Part shown: in pieces, positions 18,866 to 19,654 of the stretch | Numbering within the stretch: the stretch's first letter is position 1 | How the letters are laid out: every line of letters begins with the position of its first letter | Origin: Candidatus Tepidifontimicrobium thermophilum | GTDB lineage: Bacteria; Sysuimicrobiota; Sysuimicrobiia; Sysuimicrobiales; Sysuimicrobiaceae | Reading direction: 5' to 3' | Assembly: GCA_031459915.1 (NCBI GenBank) | Contig: JAVKHO010000028.1 | Span: 1 to 19,654, forward strand | Length of the DNA stretch: 19,654 bases | Position numbers and translations under genes: made by a program | The notes under the pieces: generated by a model | Databases searched by the model: none | The model's input: only the letters and a program-made list of their open reading frames with translations | What the model was told of the DNA's origin: nothing

Positions 18866-19581
18866 GGCGGTACCGCCACCGGGACGGCTCCCTGCGCGTC
18901 TGGTTCGGTCCGGAGGAGATCGACCAGATGGCGGAGGAGGCCCTGCACAGGGCCGGCCTTCTGCCCCGACTGGAAGCGCCAGTGGTGGACGTGGAGCGGT
19001 TCCTGGAGGGCTACCTGGGGGCGGACCTGGACCAGTATGCCCCGTTGCCCCACGACGTGCTGGGCGCGACGGAGTTCCGGCCCGGAGTTCCTCCCCTGGT
19101 CCAGGTCAACGCGGCCCTCACCCGCGCCGCCCTGGACGACCCGCACCCGCCTCCGGGGAGCCGGGGCCGCTGGCGCGCCACGCTTGCTCACGAGGCCGGA
19201 CACGTCCTCCTCCACCGGGCCCTGGTGGAGCCCGACCCTTCCCAGACCTCGCTCTTCGACCCGCCCGACCGGCTGTTCCGCTGCCTCCAGCGGGAGGTGG
19301 CGTTCGGGGGAGGCAGTGACTGGCGGGAGGTTCAGGCGAACCGGTTCATGGCCGCGCTGCTGATGCCGAAGTCGGTGTTCGTTGCCGCGGTGGTCCGGGC
19401 CAAGCGGCAGGAGGGCCTCCTGCTGACGGACCCGGTCGGGACGGGATCTGTAGAAAGGGTAGCCCGCACGCTCGCCCGGTGGTTTGACGTCTCCCGCCAG
19501 GCCGCGCGCATTCGTCTGCTGGAGCTGGGGCTTGTGGAGACTCCGGGCCAACGTAACCTGTATGCTCCCCGGTTTCCTTGA
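18862..19581 (+). CDS. ImmA/IrrE (DUF955) family zinc metallopeptidase, about 239 aa
   Basis: ATGA overlap with the HTH stop. DVLGATEF, RWRATLAHEAGHVLLH (HExxH), WREVQANRFMAALLMP (third-ligand Glu), C-terminal LARWFDVSRQAARIRLLELG. Confidence 0.92.
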   Translation: MRRYRHRDGSLRVWFGPEEIDQMAEEALHRAGLLPRLEAPVVDVERFLEGYLGADLDQYAPLPHDVLGATEFRPGVPPLVQVNAALTRAALDDPHPPPGSRGRWRATLAHEAGHVLLHRALVEPDPSQTSLFDPPDRLFRCLQREVAFGGGSDWREVQANRFMAALLMPKSVFVAAVVRAKRQEGLLLTDPVGTGSVERVARTLARWFDVSRQAARIRLLELGLVETPGQRNLYAPRFP

Positions 19582-19584
19582 GTC

Positions 19585-19610
19585 GGGCGTGGAAACGCCC
19601 CGCCGGGCGT
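19585..19610. repeat. Short three-arm inverted repeat directly after the peptidase stop
   Basis: GGGCGT-GGAA-ACGCCC-CGCC-GGGCGT; no U-tract follows, so it is not a canonical intrinsic terminator. Confidence 0.35.
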
Positions 19611-19654
19611 GCAAGGCGTACCACCGACGGGCGCGCGTGGGTACGCGTGGGTAT

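Noticed and set aside
19585..19600. Intrinsic terminator after the peptidase
   Set aside because: The hairpin is only 6 bp and has no U-tract; kept only as a low-confidence repeat.

Overview
High-GC bacterial DNA (about 70% by eye) that is almost fully coding. Left edge: the 5' part of a REP-associated/IS200-like Y1 tyrosine transposase on the minus strand (absent from the ORF track), a GC-rich palindromic REP-like repeat, and a scramblase/LURP-one-like gene. Centre (1335-17531, + strand): a tryptophan/anthranilate catabolic cluster. It contains tryptophan 2,3-dioxygenase and a kynureninase-like PLP enzyme, then, behind a clear sigma70-type promoter with a palindromic operator, a CoA-dependent aerobic anthranilate (abm-type) operon: AbmA monooxygenase/reductase, MarR, crotonase-fold enzyme, acyl-CoA dehydrogenase, anthranilate-CoA ligase, Rid protein, Liv-type ABC importer with a fused double ATPase, SDR and a second aryl-CoA ligase. 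A creatininase-family amidohydrolase lies convergent on the operon end. No kynurenine formamidase (kynB) is in the window; the creatininase-family enzyme and the second ligase are candidates for a non-canonical deformylation route (inference). Right edge: an XRE-HTH plus ImmA/IrrE metallopeptidase pair with its own promoter, probably the regulatory head of a mobile or defence module beyond the window. All family calls come from motif recognition; no database searches were run.
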